A stretch of 53,460 nt of DNA, taken from an uncultured Mediterraneibacter sp. Its GTDB lineage: Bacteria > Bacillota > Clostridia > Lachnospirales > Lachnospiraceae. The stretch lies in assembly GCA_944377775.1 (NCBI GenBank), contig CALWFY010000164.1, positions 1 to 53,460 of the forward strand, written 5' to 3'. Under the pieces are notes generated by a model. That model ran no database searches. It saw nothing but the letters and a program-made list of their open reading frames with translations, and was not told the DNA's origin. Positions 22,352-31,414 of this stretch are shown piece after piece. The translations under genes were made by a program, and so were the position numbers. Numbering within the stretch: the first letter of the stretch is position 1; each line of letters begins with the position of its first letter.

Positions 22352-23488
22352 TTACAGTAATGAAAAAAGATACTCCAGACCGAATCTGTCTTCACAATCT
22401 AAAAGCTTTTCCATTTTAATCTTATTAAAATCTGAGTGTTCCACTTCCCGCGCATACCGCCATGCAGTACGGATCAAATTGTCCTGCGTAAGCTGATCCG
22501 GATTCTGAAGCCACTGAGCACGGACAAGTTCCCGGATTAGGACCATGCCGGCAAAAGAGAATTTCATTTTCCCATAAGCATTTCCGCTGTACACGGCTCC
22601 GCAGAAATAAGTAAATACAAAATAGACCAGCAGTTGTTCTGCAGTTATATCTGTAAATATTTCTGAGAAAGAATGTTTTTGCTCAGCGGTGGAGGCAGGG
22701 GCGTTTTCTAAGGTCCTGCGGGCAGCGTTCAGGTATGGTTTCCAATCTTTCCGAAGAACTTCCAGATGATCGAATAAGCGGAACAGATTCCGCTTTGTTT
22801 TGCGGCGTATATCATAACGGTCCCCAAGATCATTCAAACGGTTCTGGAACCATTGCCATACGTTTGGACTGGAATAACGCTCTAATAAGCTGTCCACGTC
22901 GAAAAGGGCATTCTTGTCAATGCGTTCCTGCAGATCGTGGATCAGCGCAAGTGAAACAGCTGCTCTTAGTTGAATTGAATGTGATCTGTCCTGAAGGATA
23001 CGGAAAAGAAGACTTCGGGTATCAGCAAGCTTCGTGAAAAGGAAGAAATCAAAATCTTCATATGTTTCATCGAGCTCCGGATTTTGGGCATGGAGGAACC
23101 GGACCGGTTCTTTACAGGTCAGGATCATGCGTGCGGCGACAGGGCAGGAGAGGGACAGGGAAATCTCCCGGAGTCCTTCAAATTCTTCAATATGTCTCGG
23201 GTATGTGCGGCAGGTGCGGCAGAACGCTTTTTCCCCGCCGCCCTCCAGATAGAGATCGCAGAGATCTTGGTCATTTAAGAAGGCGCATCGGTCATCGTAC
23301 TGGTGAAAGCAGCCTTCCTTCCAGTCAATCTCGTTTTTGAGCCTGCTTCCAAGAGGACTTTTCATCTTTCGATATTTCTTCAGTGACGCCGGATCAATCT
23401 GAATCTGCCAGCCGGCACAACAGGTATCCGGACAGTCTCCGGCAGTGCAGTGAAAATTTTTGTAGTAATGGGGAATCGTATATTGCAA
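22352..23488 (-). CDS. fliB: FliB-family flagellin lysine N-methylase-like protein
   Basis: FxCxxxxCxDTCCxGW, CxFL..LC, CxTYPR, LSCP; TTG start after AAGGAGG. Confidence 0.85.
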   Translation of the reverse strand: MQYTIPHYYKNFHCTAGDCPDTCCAGWQIQIDPASLKKYRKMKSPLGSRLKNEIDWKEGCFHQYDDRCAFLNDQDLCDLYLEGGGEKAFCRTCRTYPRHIEEFEGLREISLSLSCPVAARMILTCKEPVRFLHAQNPELDETYEDFDFFLFTKLADTRSLLFRILQDRSHSIQLRAAVSLALIHDLQERIDKNALFDVDSLLERYSSPNVWQWFQNRLNDLGDRYDIRRKTKRNLFRLFDHLEVLRKDWKPYLNAARRTLENAPASTAEQKHSFSEIFTDITAEQLLVYFVFTYFCGAVYSGNAYGKMKFSFAGMVLIRELVRAQWLQNPDQLTQDNLIRTAWRYAREVEHSDFNKIKMEKLLDCEDRFGLEYLFSLL

Positions 23489-23506
23489 GTGGAAAACCTC
23501 CTTGAT

Positions 23507-24871
23507 TTATTTTTGAATGATTACAGCGCTGCGCTTTTTTCGGATATATCGGATCAAAAGCCCGATGATCAATCCCGTCACCGCCGGAACAACCCAGCCG
23601 AATCCCTGTTCCCCAAAAGGAATCAGATTTTCCGTCAGTTCTGTTAAGGTGTCCAGATGCAGGGGGGCCTGTGCATTTTCCGGCAGCGCCCGAAGAAATT
23701 CAAATATTGCCGCAAACGCGGTAAAACCGATTGTCCATCGGAGAACGATCTGGTCATTTTGGAATACTTTTCCGAACAAAGTCAGCAGGATCAGCATGAT
23801 TGCAAGCGGATAGAGGAACATGAGGACCGGAAGGGAATAGTCGATGATCAAATTCAATCCCAGGTTTGCAATCAGGAAAGAAAGAACACTGCAAGTGACT
23901 GCCCAGACACGGTAGGAGGGACCCTTTGGGAATATTTTTACAAATGTCTCGCTGCAGCTTGTGATCAGTCCGACTGCGGTTTTCAGACAGGCAACCGTAA
24001 CAGTGACTGCAAGTATAACCGCCCCGGCGCTTCTAAAATAATGTTCCGATATCTGTGCAAGAGCTTCCCCGCCGTTGCTGCCTGCGGCAAACAGCCCGCG
24101 GCTCTGAGTCCCTACTACGGCTGTCAGTACATAGATGAGGGCCATCAGGAGTGAACTGAAAATCCCTGCAGACACTGTGCTTTTTGCTACTTCTTCCGGC
24201 TTTTGGACTCCCAGGCTTCGGATTGCTTCCACCACAATGATCCCAAAAGCAAGACCTGCCAGAGCGTCCATTGTATTATATCCTTCCAAAAGACCGGTGG
24301 AAAAAGCATTTGCGATATAGTCGCCGGAGGGAGATGTCTCGGAAATACTTCCCATCGGGGAAATCAATGCGCGCAGGATGAGGATAGCAAGAAAAGTAAG
24401 GAACAGAGGATTCAGCACTTTCCCAATCCAGGTAAGGATTTCTCCGGGGCGGAGCGAAAAGAAGAGTACGGCTCCGAAAAAGACAAGGGAGAATACGGCC
24501 AGCCCCACAGTCTGCACGGAATCGGGGAGCATTCGTTCAATTCCCACGGTATAGGATACGGTCGCACACCTGGGAATCGCAAAGAAAGGCCCGATTGTAA
24601 GATAGAGTATACAGGTAAAGAAAAGACCATATTTCTTTCCCACGCGGCTGCTCAGTTCCAGAAGTCCGTTTTCCCGGCTGATTCCAAGAGCGGTTACGCC
24701 AAGAAGCGGGATTCCCACTCCTGTGATAAGGAAGCCGAGAGCGGCAGACCAGACATTGCTGCCCGCCAGCTGTCCCATGGAAACCGGGAAGATCAGATTA
24801 CCTGCCCCGAAAAACAATCCGAAGAGCATGCTTGCTACCGTGATGATTTCTCTGAAAGTTAATTTTTTCAT
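23507..24871 (-). CDS. brnQ: Branched-chain amino acid transporter
   Basis: FGLFFGAGNLIFP, IGPFFAIPR, GYNTMDAL, ACLKTAVGL. Confidence 0.95.
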   Translation of the reverse strand: MKKLTFREIITVASMLFGLFFGAGNLIFPVSMGQLAGSNVWSAALGFLITGVGIPLLGVTALGISRENGLLELSSRVGKKYGLFFTCILYLTIGPFFAIPRCATVSYTVGIERMLPDSVQTVGLAVFSLVFFGAVLFFSLRPGEILTWIGKVLNPLFLTFLAILILRALISPMGSISETSPSGDYIANAFSTGLLEGYNTMDALAGLAFGIIVVEAIRSLGVQKPEEVAKSTVSAGIFSSLLMALIYVLTAVVGTQSRGLFAAGSNGGEALAQISEHYFRSAGAVILAVTVTVACLKTAVGLITSCSETFVKIFPKGPSYRVWAVTCSVLSFLIANLGLNLIIDYSLPVLMFLYPLAIMLILLTLFGKVFQNDQIVLRWTIGFTAFAAIFEFLRALPENAQAPLHLDTLTELTENLIPFGEQGFGWVVPAVTGLIIGLLIRYIRKKRSAVIIQK

Positions 24872-24936
24872 AAACATAATCCCCTCAAAAAACTTGATGT
24901 TATTTAAGATTATAACGCAAACATGAGCAATATGGT

Positions 24937-25230
24937 ATAAGAAATTATGCAGTGAAGGCATGGCTGTACATTCAAACTAAGTATTAGACTTTTTTGTATC
25001 ATAGGACTAATATTATTTTAGGAAAGAAATTCCCAGTATTTTATGGAAATGGAGGAATTATTAATGGATAAAGAAAAAATGAAACAGGATTTAGGCGGGG
25101 GCAACGTATTTGAGATTGGAGAGCCTAACACAGCGTTTGCGCAGTATTTTATCGGACAGAGCTATTTGAAAATGCTCACCACAGAGTGAGCCGGCATTGG
25201 CAACGTGACATTTGAGCCAGGGTGCCGTAA
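24937..25230 (+). repeat. Left copy of ~294 bp direct repeat (cupin upstream region + 5' coding part; attL-like)
   Basis: Aligns to 30841-31133 with about 25 differences by manual count (~91%). Confidence 0.95.
25064..25230 (+). pseudogene. Truncated cupin 5' fragment
   Basis: MDKEKMKQDLGGG...LTTE*AGIGNVTFEPGCR; TGA at 25187-89; homology ends at 25230. Confidence 0.92.
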
Positions 25231-25246
25231 AATGTACTAAGATTTT

Positions 25247-25331
25247 AAGTGTGTATCGTGTGTATAGCGTTTGAAATACATGGGAATATTGTACAGTGTA
25301 CACAGTTGAGGATGAAAAGTGTGTATGGTGT
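25247..25331 (+). repeat. Direct repeats at island left end (putative recombinase binding sites)
   Basis: aagtgtgtatcgtgt (25247-61) and aagtgtgtatggtgt (25317-31), with further GTGTAY motifs between. Confidence 0.6.
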
Positions 25332-26039
25332 TGAGATAGATTGAGAAACTGGTTGAAGGAGAAAAATCCAGATGCCAGCTTTTTCGAGAAAACAGAAGAG
25401 TATATGTTAATATGAAATTAGGAGGATGGAAGAAGCGCAGGGGAGAGAATTTTCAAGTAGTGACAAAGTTTTCTTGAACAGTGTGAGGAAAATTTTGTCC
25501 TTTTTTGATTATAAAAAACAGGATGATATATTTTACGGCTGTGGCAGTGTGCGCAATACATCAGTCTGATGTATTGCTTCTTTCTGATACTGAAGCAGTA
25601 TGAATGCAAAATGGTATTATATTTTCCGGAAAGGATTAACGCCGAGGCGGAATCCATATCAGACAGAGGCCTGATGGATGATGAAGTGGAAATAATCAGG
25701 CAGAAGGATTCTGCTTGAATCAGTGGCTGATAAGATGCAGATAGACTGGAAGACAGTTCAGTCAGCACTCACGGTAAATGGAAATGCAGAGACGGTTTGT
25801 GAATGTACTGAGGCGCTGCCTGGAAAGTTCAGAGACAGGTTGCCAGAGATTGCGCCGGTAGGAGGTCTGGGAAGTCTGACGGCTGTATTTTTTCAAAAGA
25901 GAACAGCTGATTGATAATAAAACAGAAATTGAACAAGACTAATGCAGGATCTTCGATAATAAAAAGTAGTTGTTTTTAGCTTTTACATTGTAATATACTT
26001 TAGGTGTGGCGTATTTTCAGGACGGGGAGAGGAGCGGCT

Positions 26040-28952
26040 GTGGAAGAACAAAGGATACTATGTGAAGGACGTGAACAAGAATTGCAGATGTGCGGAGAAT
26101 ATATTAGTCAATATGATCCGACACAAAGTTTTGTTTTCAATCTCTACGGAGAAGGCGGGATCGGAAAGACTGTCGTAACGCAGGAACTTTACAGGAATTA
26201 CTTGGGCTGTATTACAGATTGTCATCGGGGAATAAAGACGGTCTATGTTAATGCGTCAGGGTGTTTTTCTATCCCTGCATTGCTGCTCAGGCTAAGAATG
26301 AGTCTGGGAGATGATCCGTACGATTTTGAAAAATTTGACATAATGTATGAATTGTTTTACGATGCATCTGAATATGTCAAATTAAAACGTATAAAAGAAC
26401 TTACAGCACCGGAAGGCGGAAATCTTGCAGGACTTATCTTGGACTTTGCTATGAATGAAGTGGATGAAGACTATAAGTCATTGAGGAAAAGCACTGTCGG
26501 CAATCCTCTTGTAGATTTTATTAAATTTACGGGGCCAATTCTTGATCGCATTCCTATAGCTCATATTTTTGATTGGGTTAAGAAGAGCAATGAATTAAAA
26601 ATGCGCTCTGGTTTAGTAGAGGATATCATTAAATCAAAAGGTATATTTAAAGAAGAGAAAAAACTGATTGAATTTTTCTGTGAGGCTGTTACAGATACGA
26701 AGGATTATCCATTATCGCCATTTCTCTTTTTTATTGATAATTTTCAGAACGGTTCTCTGGAAATGAACAGAGGATTCCGTTTTCAGAATTTGGATGGATT
26801 TTTTGAATTTATAAGACGATTTCCGGCTTTTTGGTTTATATCATCAAGAAATGTTTTAACCTATCACGCAGATAATAATTTTGCCCAATATGAATTAAAA
26901 GGGCTGAATGCTGACGCGGCGAAGAGGATTATCAGGCAGACACAGGGAGCGGAGAAAATAACTAATCTGAAAAATGTGTCAGAGAATATCCTCAGTCTTT
27001 CAAATGAAAATGTCAATGAGGACAACGGACAGAAGCTTGAACTGTACAGTCCGATCATTCTTCGTATTTTATGCCAGGTACTGGAGAAAGAAATCGAGAA
27101 AACCCGTGAGGATCATCCAGAACAAAATGCGTTAGAAATTTCACCGGAGATTTTTTCTGATATACCGGAACGGTCAGCTTTGACATACTATTATGAGATG
27201 GGAAAAACTTCTGTTGATCTGGATTGTTTCCATATATTGTCCTGTGCAGATGTGTGGGATGATTATACCCTTACGGTTTTAAAAGAACGGCTTCAGTTCT
27301 ATTTACTCAATACACGTCATATACTGGCGCGGGATTCGATGACGGAATTGTTAGGAGACAATTCTATTAAACTCCATGATCGTATTGCTGAAGCTCTCAG
27401 GGGAAGCGCAAATAACAGAATTCGTTTTGACGTATATGCGATTATGTATGATGCATTTCTGGAGATTCAGTTAACAAGCCCAATCCTTGAAGAAGGAGTT
27501 TTAAGAAACTTTTTTGTTTTTGCAAAGGAATATTGCGAGAATCTTGCATTTGGGGAATATAGATATAGAGGAAAAGACGCTTATAATGCTTATGTGTTTT
27601 TCTATAAGGCTTTTCTTAAATCGATAGAAAAGCTAAAAGAAAGAATTTCTGGAGCGATGATTGATATCTACTGGAATGTTGTCAGAGAATTTTCCAACAT
27701 TGCGGCTAAATCCAAAGTAAAAAATCTGGATGATATAACAGAGGCTTATCACCAGCTTGGAATTGTAACGTATGATGCAGGAGACAGCAAAAAAGCGGAA
27801 AAGATAGATGAAGAATTATTAGCGTTTGCCCAAAAGGCCGAATATAAGTATGGTGAGATCATAGCGGCTAATGCTTGTGCTGTTGATTGTTCGGCCAATC
27901 ATTTATACAATAAAGCGTATGAATATGGGGAAATTTCTCTTGAAGCGGCATTAAATGCTATTTTTGAAATAGCAGAAACTTCGGCTGCCCAGTTCTTGAA
28001 AAAAGTATGTGAGTTTTATTCTCAATATCTTATATTGCCTCAAAGTGACGGGCATAATACAAATTATGTTGAAAATCATGAAAATGAAATAAAAGAAAAC
28101 GCGGAACTTATACAGAAAATCTGTGATATTGAAAAAGGGCATCCTGCGTATAAAGCAAGAGAAATATGGGAAAGTATGCTGACAACAAGAGGCAGTATTC
28201 CATGGTATTTGCTTGAAGATTCTGTCTTGAAAAAAGAAAAAGCGGCATACGCTTTGCCATATGGTCAGGATACATATTATTTAAGAAAATATTATTATGG
28301 CGAAGAAGATCCAAAAACGCTGCAGTCTTATCATAATATCGGAGTATATTTAATGAAATATGCCGAGTATTGCGAAAAGGGTGATATCTGCGATAACAGA
28401 ATAGATATCGAAAATTCGTATACCAATGCAGAGAGAATATTTTTAAAAGTTCATGAAATTCGAAAGAAAGTACTTGGGGTTACACATAACATAACAAAAG
28501 AACAGTATTTCCGGGAACTTGAGGATAATGCCAATGCAGAGGAACTGAGTTTTCTGAATGTTTATGACAGAACTGCAATAGAGCGTATTTTTGAAGAGGG
28601 ATATGATAATTGCTCGGCGGCAGCTTTGGAGTCTTTGCAATATAAATCAAATGCATGCTATTTGATTTCTCAAAAATCCGAACTTTTTGAAGTGAAAAAG
28701 GAGAAGCTTGATGAGGCGGTCAGACTTTCCGACATAGTCACTGTTGCAAGAAGTTTCCTGTTTGGACCTTATCATAGGAAAACGCTTGAAAGCATGCGGT
28801 ACAGTGCTGAGTATTACTGGGCAAAAAGAAATAAAGAGATGGCAGGCAGAAGGATCAGATATGCATTTGGTCATTTAAATCAGGGTCAGATATCCGGCGA
28901 ACAATATAAAGAATATAAACACTTATTTGACATAATAACAACTGAAAAATAA
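26040..28952 (+). CDS. STAND-class NTPase with C-terminal TPR repeats (NLR-like)
   Basis: GRE, Walker A GEGGIGKT, Walker B FFIDNF, sensor ISSR, SPIIL, LHD (MHD-like), TPR G.E.P.TL / GP.H..TL; GTG start after GGAGAGGAG. Confidence 0.82.
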   Translation: MEEQRILCEGREQELQMCGEYISQYDPTQSFVFNLYGEGGIGKTVVTQELYRNYLGCITDCHRGIKTVYVNASGCFSIPALLLRLRMSLGDDPYDFEKFDIMYELFYDASEYVKLKRIKELTAPEGGNLAGLILDFAMNEVDEDYKSLRKSTVGNPLVDFIKFTGPILDRIPIAHIFDWVKKSNELKMRSGLVEDIIKSKGIFKEEKKLIEFFCEAVTDTKDYPLSPFLFFIDNFQNGSLEMNRGFRFQNLDGFFEFIRRFPAFWFISSRNVLTYHADNNFAQYELKGLNADAAKRIIRQTQGAEKITNLKNVSENILSLSNENVNEDNGQKLELYSPIILRILCQVLEKEIEKTREDHPEQNALEISPEIFSDIPERSALTYYYEMGKTSVDLDCFHILSCADVWDDYTLTVLKERLQFYLLNTRHILARDSMTELLGDNSIKLHDRIAEALRGSANNRIRFDVYAIMYDAFLEIQLTSPILEEGVLRNFFVFAKEYCENLAFGEYRYRGKDAYNAYVFFYKAFLKSIEKLKERISGAMIDIYWNVVREFSNIAAKSKVKNLDDITEAYHQLGIVTYDAGDSKKAEKIDEELLAFAQKAEYKYGEIIAANACAVDCSANHLYNKAYEYGEISLEAALNAIFEIAETSAAQFLKKVCEFYSQYLILPQSDGHNTNYVENHENEIKENAELIQKICDIEKGHPAYKAREIWESMLTTRGSIPWYLLEDSVLKKEKAAYALPYGQDTYYLRKYYYGEEDPKTLQSYHNIGVYLMKYAEYCEKGDICDNRIDIENSYTNAERIFLKVHEIRKKVLGVTHNITKEQYFRELEDNANAEELSFLNVYDRTAIERIFEEGYDNCSAAALESLQYKSNACYLISQKSELFEVKKEKLDEAVRLSDIVTVARSFLFGPYHRKTLESMRYSAEYYWAKRNKEMAGRRIRYAFGHLNQGQISGEQYKEYKHLFDIITTEK

Positions 28953-28997
28953 TCATTTGCGTATAAGATTTAGCGGTTGATGGCAGGAGAAGGAAAG

Positions 28998-29996
28998 ATG
29001 GAAAGTTATTATTTTAGATGCGGAGACAGCGTAGTTGATACACGGAGAAAAATAGATGAAGCAATCCGGCAGTGGCTTACTTCGAAGGAACTGATGGATA
29101 TTGTTGAAGCGTTTGGCGGGGGATATCCAAATACCAGCGATAATAAGAAACTGGCCGGCTGGCTTCTGGAATTCAGCGAAAACTGGGATTATCGGAAAAA
29201 GCAGAAAGAGGCAACAGACGCTAAAACCGGAGAAGCGGCCAGGTGGTTGGTGAAGAATGATTCTATTTCTGAGGAACAGGGGAAGGCGGTTTTCAGAGGA
29301 ATAGACAAGCTGGGATTAAGAAATGTGTCGAAACCGTATCTGGAAAGTTATGATTATATTGTAGCCCTTGGCGGAGCCAGAATGTCCTGCCTTTTTCGGC
29401 CACGATACGTCGGACAGTTGATTTCGCAGATGAAAAGTGCACCAGAATCAGCTGTGATGCTTTCCGGTATGCGTCCGGTCGCCGATACAGAAAGAACAGC
29501 GACTGATACGTATGCTCCCGGGGAAATGACGGAATATGATTTGATCAATGCGGGTGTGGAAAAAACCTTTAATCTCGAAAAAGAATACGAGGAAAGAAAA
29601 TACTGCCATCCAAACGCAAATAGATCATGGGCAATACGGACTTATGTCGCGCCCCAATATGATTTTAAGATACAGTCTGTTTCCGGTCCTTCATCGGATC
29701 CAGAGACCAGAAGGGCAAATTCAGCAGATACCTTTGCATTTTTTGTAAAAAAGGAGCAGATAAATCCACATAGCAAGATACTTCTTGTAACCAGCCAGAT
29801 TTATGTACCCTACCAGCAACTGGAGGCGGTCAGAACTTGGGCGATACCGAACGATGTGTATGTAGAAACAGTAGGATTTCCGACGGAGTGGAACGTAAAT
29901 CAGCAGGGCATGATGGAGACAGCTAATTATCTGCAGGAGATCAGATCTACTATTCAGGCAGTGAACCGTTATTTGAAAGAGTTTGGAACGGCATAG
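28998..29996 (+). CDS. Uncharacterised protein, divergent YdcF/DUF218-like (HUP fold)
   Basis: YIVALGGA, RRANSADT, ILLVTSQIY and YLQE in DUF218-like order; RBS AGGAGAAGG; 45 nt after the NTPase stop. Confidence 0.6.
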   Translation: MESYYFRCGDSVVDTRRKIDEAIRQWLTSKELMDIVEAFGGGYPNTSDNKKLAGWLLEFSENWDYRKKQKEATDAKTGEAARWLVKNDSISEEQGKAVFRGIDKLGLRNVSKPYLESYDYIVALGGARMSCLFRPRYVGQLISQMKSAPESAVMLSGMRPVADTERTATDTYAPGEMTEYDLINAGVEKTFNLEKEYEERKYCHPNANRSWAIRTYVAPQYDFKIQSVSGPSSDPETRRANSADTFAFFVKKEQINPHSKILLVTSQIYVPYQQLEAVRTWAIPNDVYVETVGFPTEWNVNQQGMMETANYLQEIRSTIQAVNRYLKEFGTA

Positions 29997-30135
29997 TAAA
30001 AAGAGTAGAGTATTTTATAAACCGATTATTTGACAGAAAATAGGACTTAATTTATATTCCCGTCTTTGATAGTTTAAAAAAGCAAAAATGGTTATATCCT
30101 TGATTCTATGGGGTGTAGCCATTTTCCCTTTTGTA

Positions 30136-30635
30136 ACGATGCTTGGAACAAGGATATCGGATACACTGACATTACAGCAGGATTGCCTGTATAAAGAGAA
30201 CGGACAGGATATGATCAGAATCTTCCAGCCGAAAACCAGAATGTATGTAAAACCTGTCAGCAGTGAACTGGCACAGTTAATCCGTAAAGCAATTGAGCAT
30301 AGAGTTCAAAAATATGGGAAGCGAAAATATATATTTGTAGATGACAAGTATCCGAATAAGCGTTGCAGTACAACACAATACAAAGGAAAGTACTTACATT
30401 AATCTGGAACGAAAAATTAAAAGACGATAATGGAAAACTATTCGGATTTAGTTCGCATCTTTACTGACATTATTATGGAGTAAAGCTGACAGAGATGCAT
30501 CTGGATGATTGGATTATCGCGAAATTGTTGGGATATAAAGATATAAGAAGCGTCCGTTACTATCGGAGGATAAGTAATCAAAGTATGGCAGACGACACAA
30601 GAGAATACAGAAATTATCTTTCGCAGATTATCGAT
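30136..30635 (+). pseudogene. Tyrosine recombinase (Tn554 TnpB-like) C-terminal remnant
   Basis: LGTRISD catalytic R; frameshift near 30363; HLY*H (TGA 30465-67 replaces the HxxR Arg); LLGY for LLGH; RYY. Confidence 0.8.
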
Positions 30636-30761
30636 CAGGCGATGATAAAAGAAGTAGAACTTCTACAACAGCAGATCAGAAAATTGAAAGCAGAGAATGA
30701 AACCCTGAAGTTTAGAAAAGCACTTAACAGAAAGGAACTCAATATTGTAAAAAACCTTTAA
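30630..30761 (+). pseudogene. TnpC/DUF6262-like coiled-coil tail fused to the recombinase remnant
   Basis: DQAMIKEVELLQQQIRKLKAENETL...KALNRKELN, recalled as typical of Tn554-like third genes; boundary approximate. Confidence 0.55.
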
Positions 30762-30780
30762 GTCGATAATAACAATGAAA

Positions 30781-30807
30781 TGCAAGACATACGAGGTATG
30801 TCTTGTA
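30781..30807. terminator. Hairpin after recombinase remnants
   Basis: tgcaagacatac-gag-gtatgtcttgta; no clear T tail. Confidence 0.45.
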
Positions 30808-30840
30808 GTCGTTGATGATTATAGATAGAATGCGAAAATA

Positions 30841-31133
30841 ATAAAAAACTATGCAGAAGGGGCATGACAGCACATTCAAACAAAGCATTAGACTTTTTTG
30901 TATCATAGGACTAATATTATTTTAGGAAAAAATTCCCAGTATTTTATGGAAATGGAGGAATTATTAATGGATAAAGAAAAAATGAAACAGGACTTAGGCG
31001 GAGGCAGCGTATTTGAGATTGGAGAGCCTAACACAGCGTTTGCTCAGTATTTTATCGGACAGAGCTATTTAAAGATGCTCACGACAGAGAGGGTAGGCAT
31101 TGGCAATGTGACATTTGAGCCAGGGTGCCGCAA
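30841..31133 (+). repeat. Right copy of direct repeat (attR-like; restores the cupin gene)
   Basis: Matches 24937-25230 and continues into intact CRNNWH. Confidence 0.95.
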
Positions 31134-31389
31134 TAACTGGCATGTTCATCATAAAGGGGGTCAGATTCTGCTTGTAACAGGCGGAAGAGGCTGGTATCAG
31201 GAGTGGGGAAAACCTGCACAGGAACTGCATGCGGGTGATGTGGTGAACATTCCGCCGGAAGTAAAACACTGGCATGGAGCAGCAAAGGACAGTTGGTTCC
31301 AGCATCTGGCAGTTGAGGTACCGGCAGAGGGAGCGTCCAACGAATGGTTAGAGCCCGTAGATTCGGAAGAGTATGATAAATTGAAATAA
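30967..31389 (+). CDS. Cupin domain protein
   Basis: FEPGCRNNWHVH..GQ and HWHGA cupin motifs; ATG after GGAGG. Confidence 0.93.
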   Translation: MDKEKMKQDLGGGSVFEIGEPNTAFAQYFIGQSYLKMLTTERVGIGNVTFEPGCRNNWHVHHKGGQILLVTGGRGWYQEWGKPAQELHAGDVVNIPPEVKHWHGAAKDSWFQHLAVEVPAEGASNEWLEPVDSEEYDKLK

Positions 31390-31414
31390 AGGGAAATACA
31401 GGAGCGTGATGAAA

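Larger units (their letters stand above)
25231..31133. mobile_element. Degenerate integrative island inserted in the cupin gene
   Basis: Flanking direct repeats, AT-rich cargo, tyrosine recombinase and TnpC-like remnants. Confidence 0.82.

Noticed and set aside
25231-25335. CRISPR-like array
   Set aside because: Only two 15-nt repeats, no regular repeat-spacer series and no cas genes.
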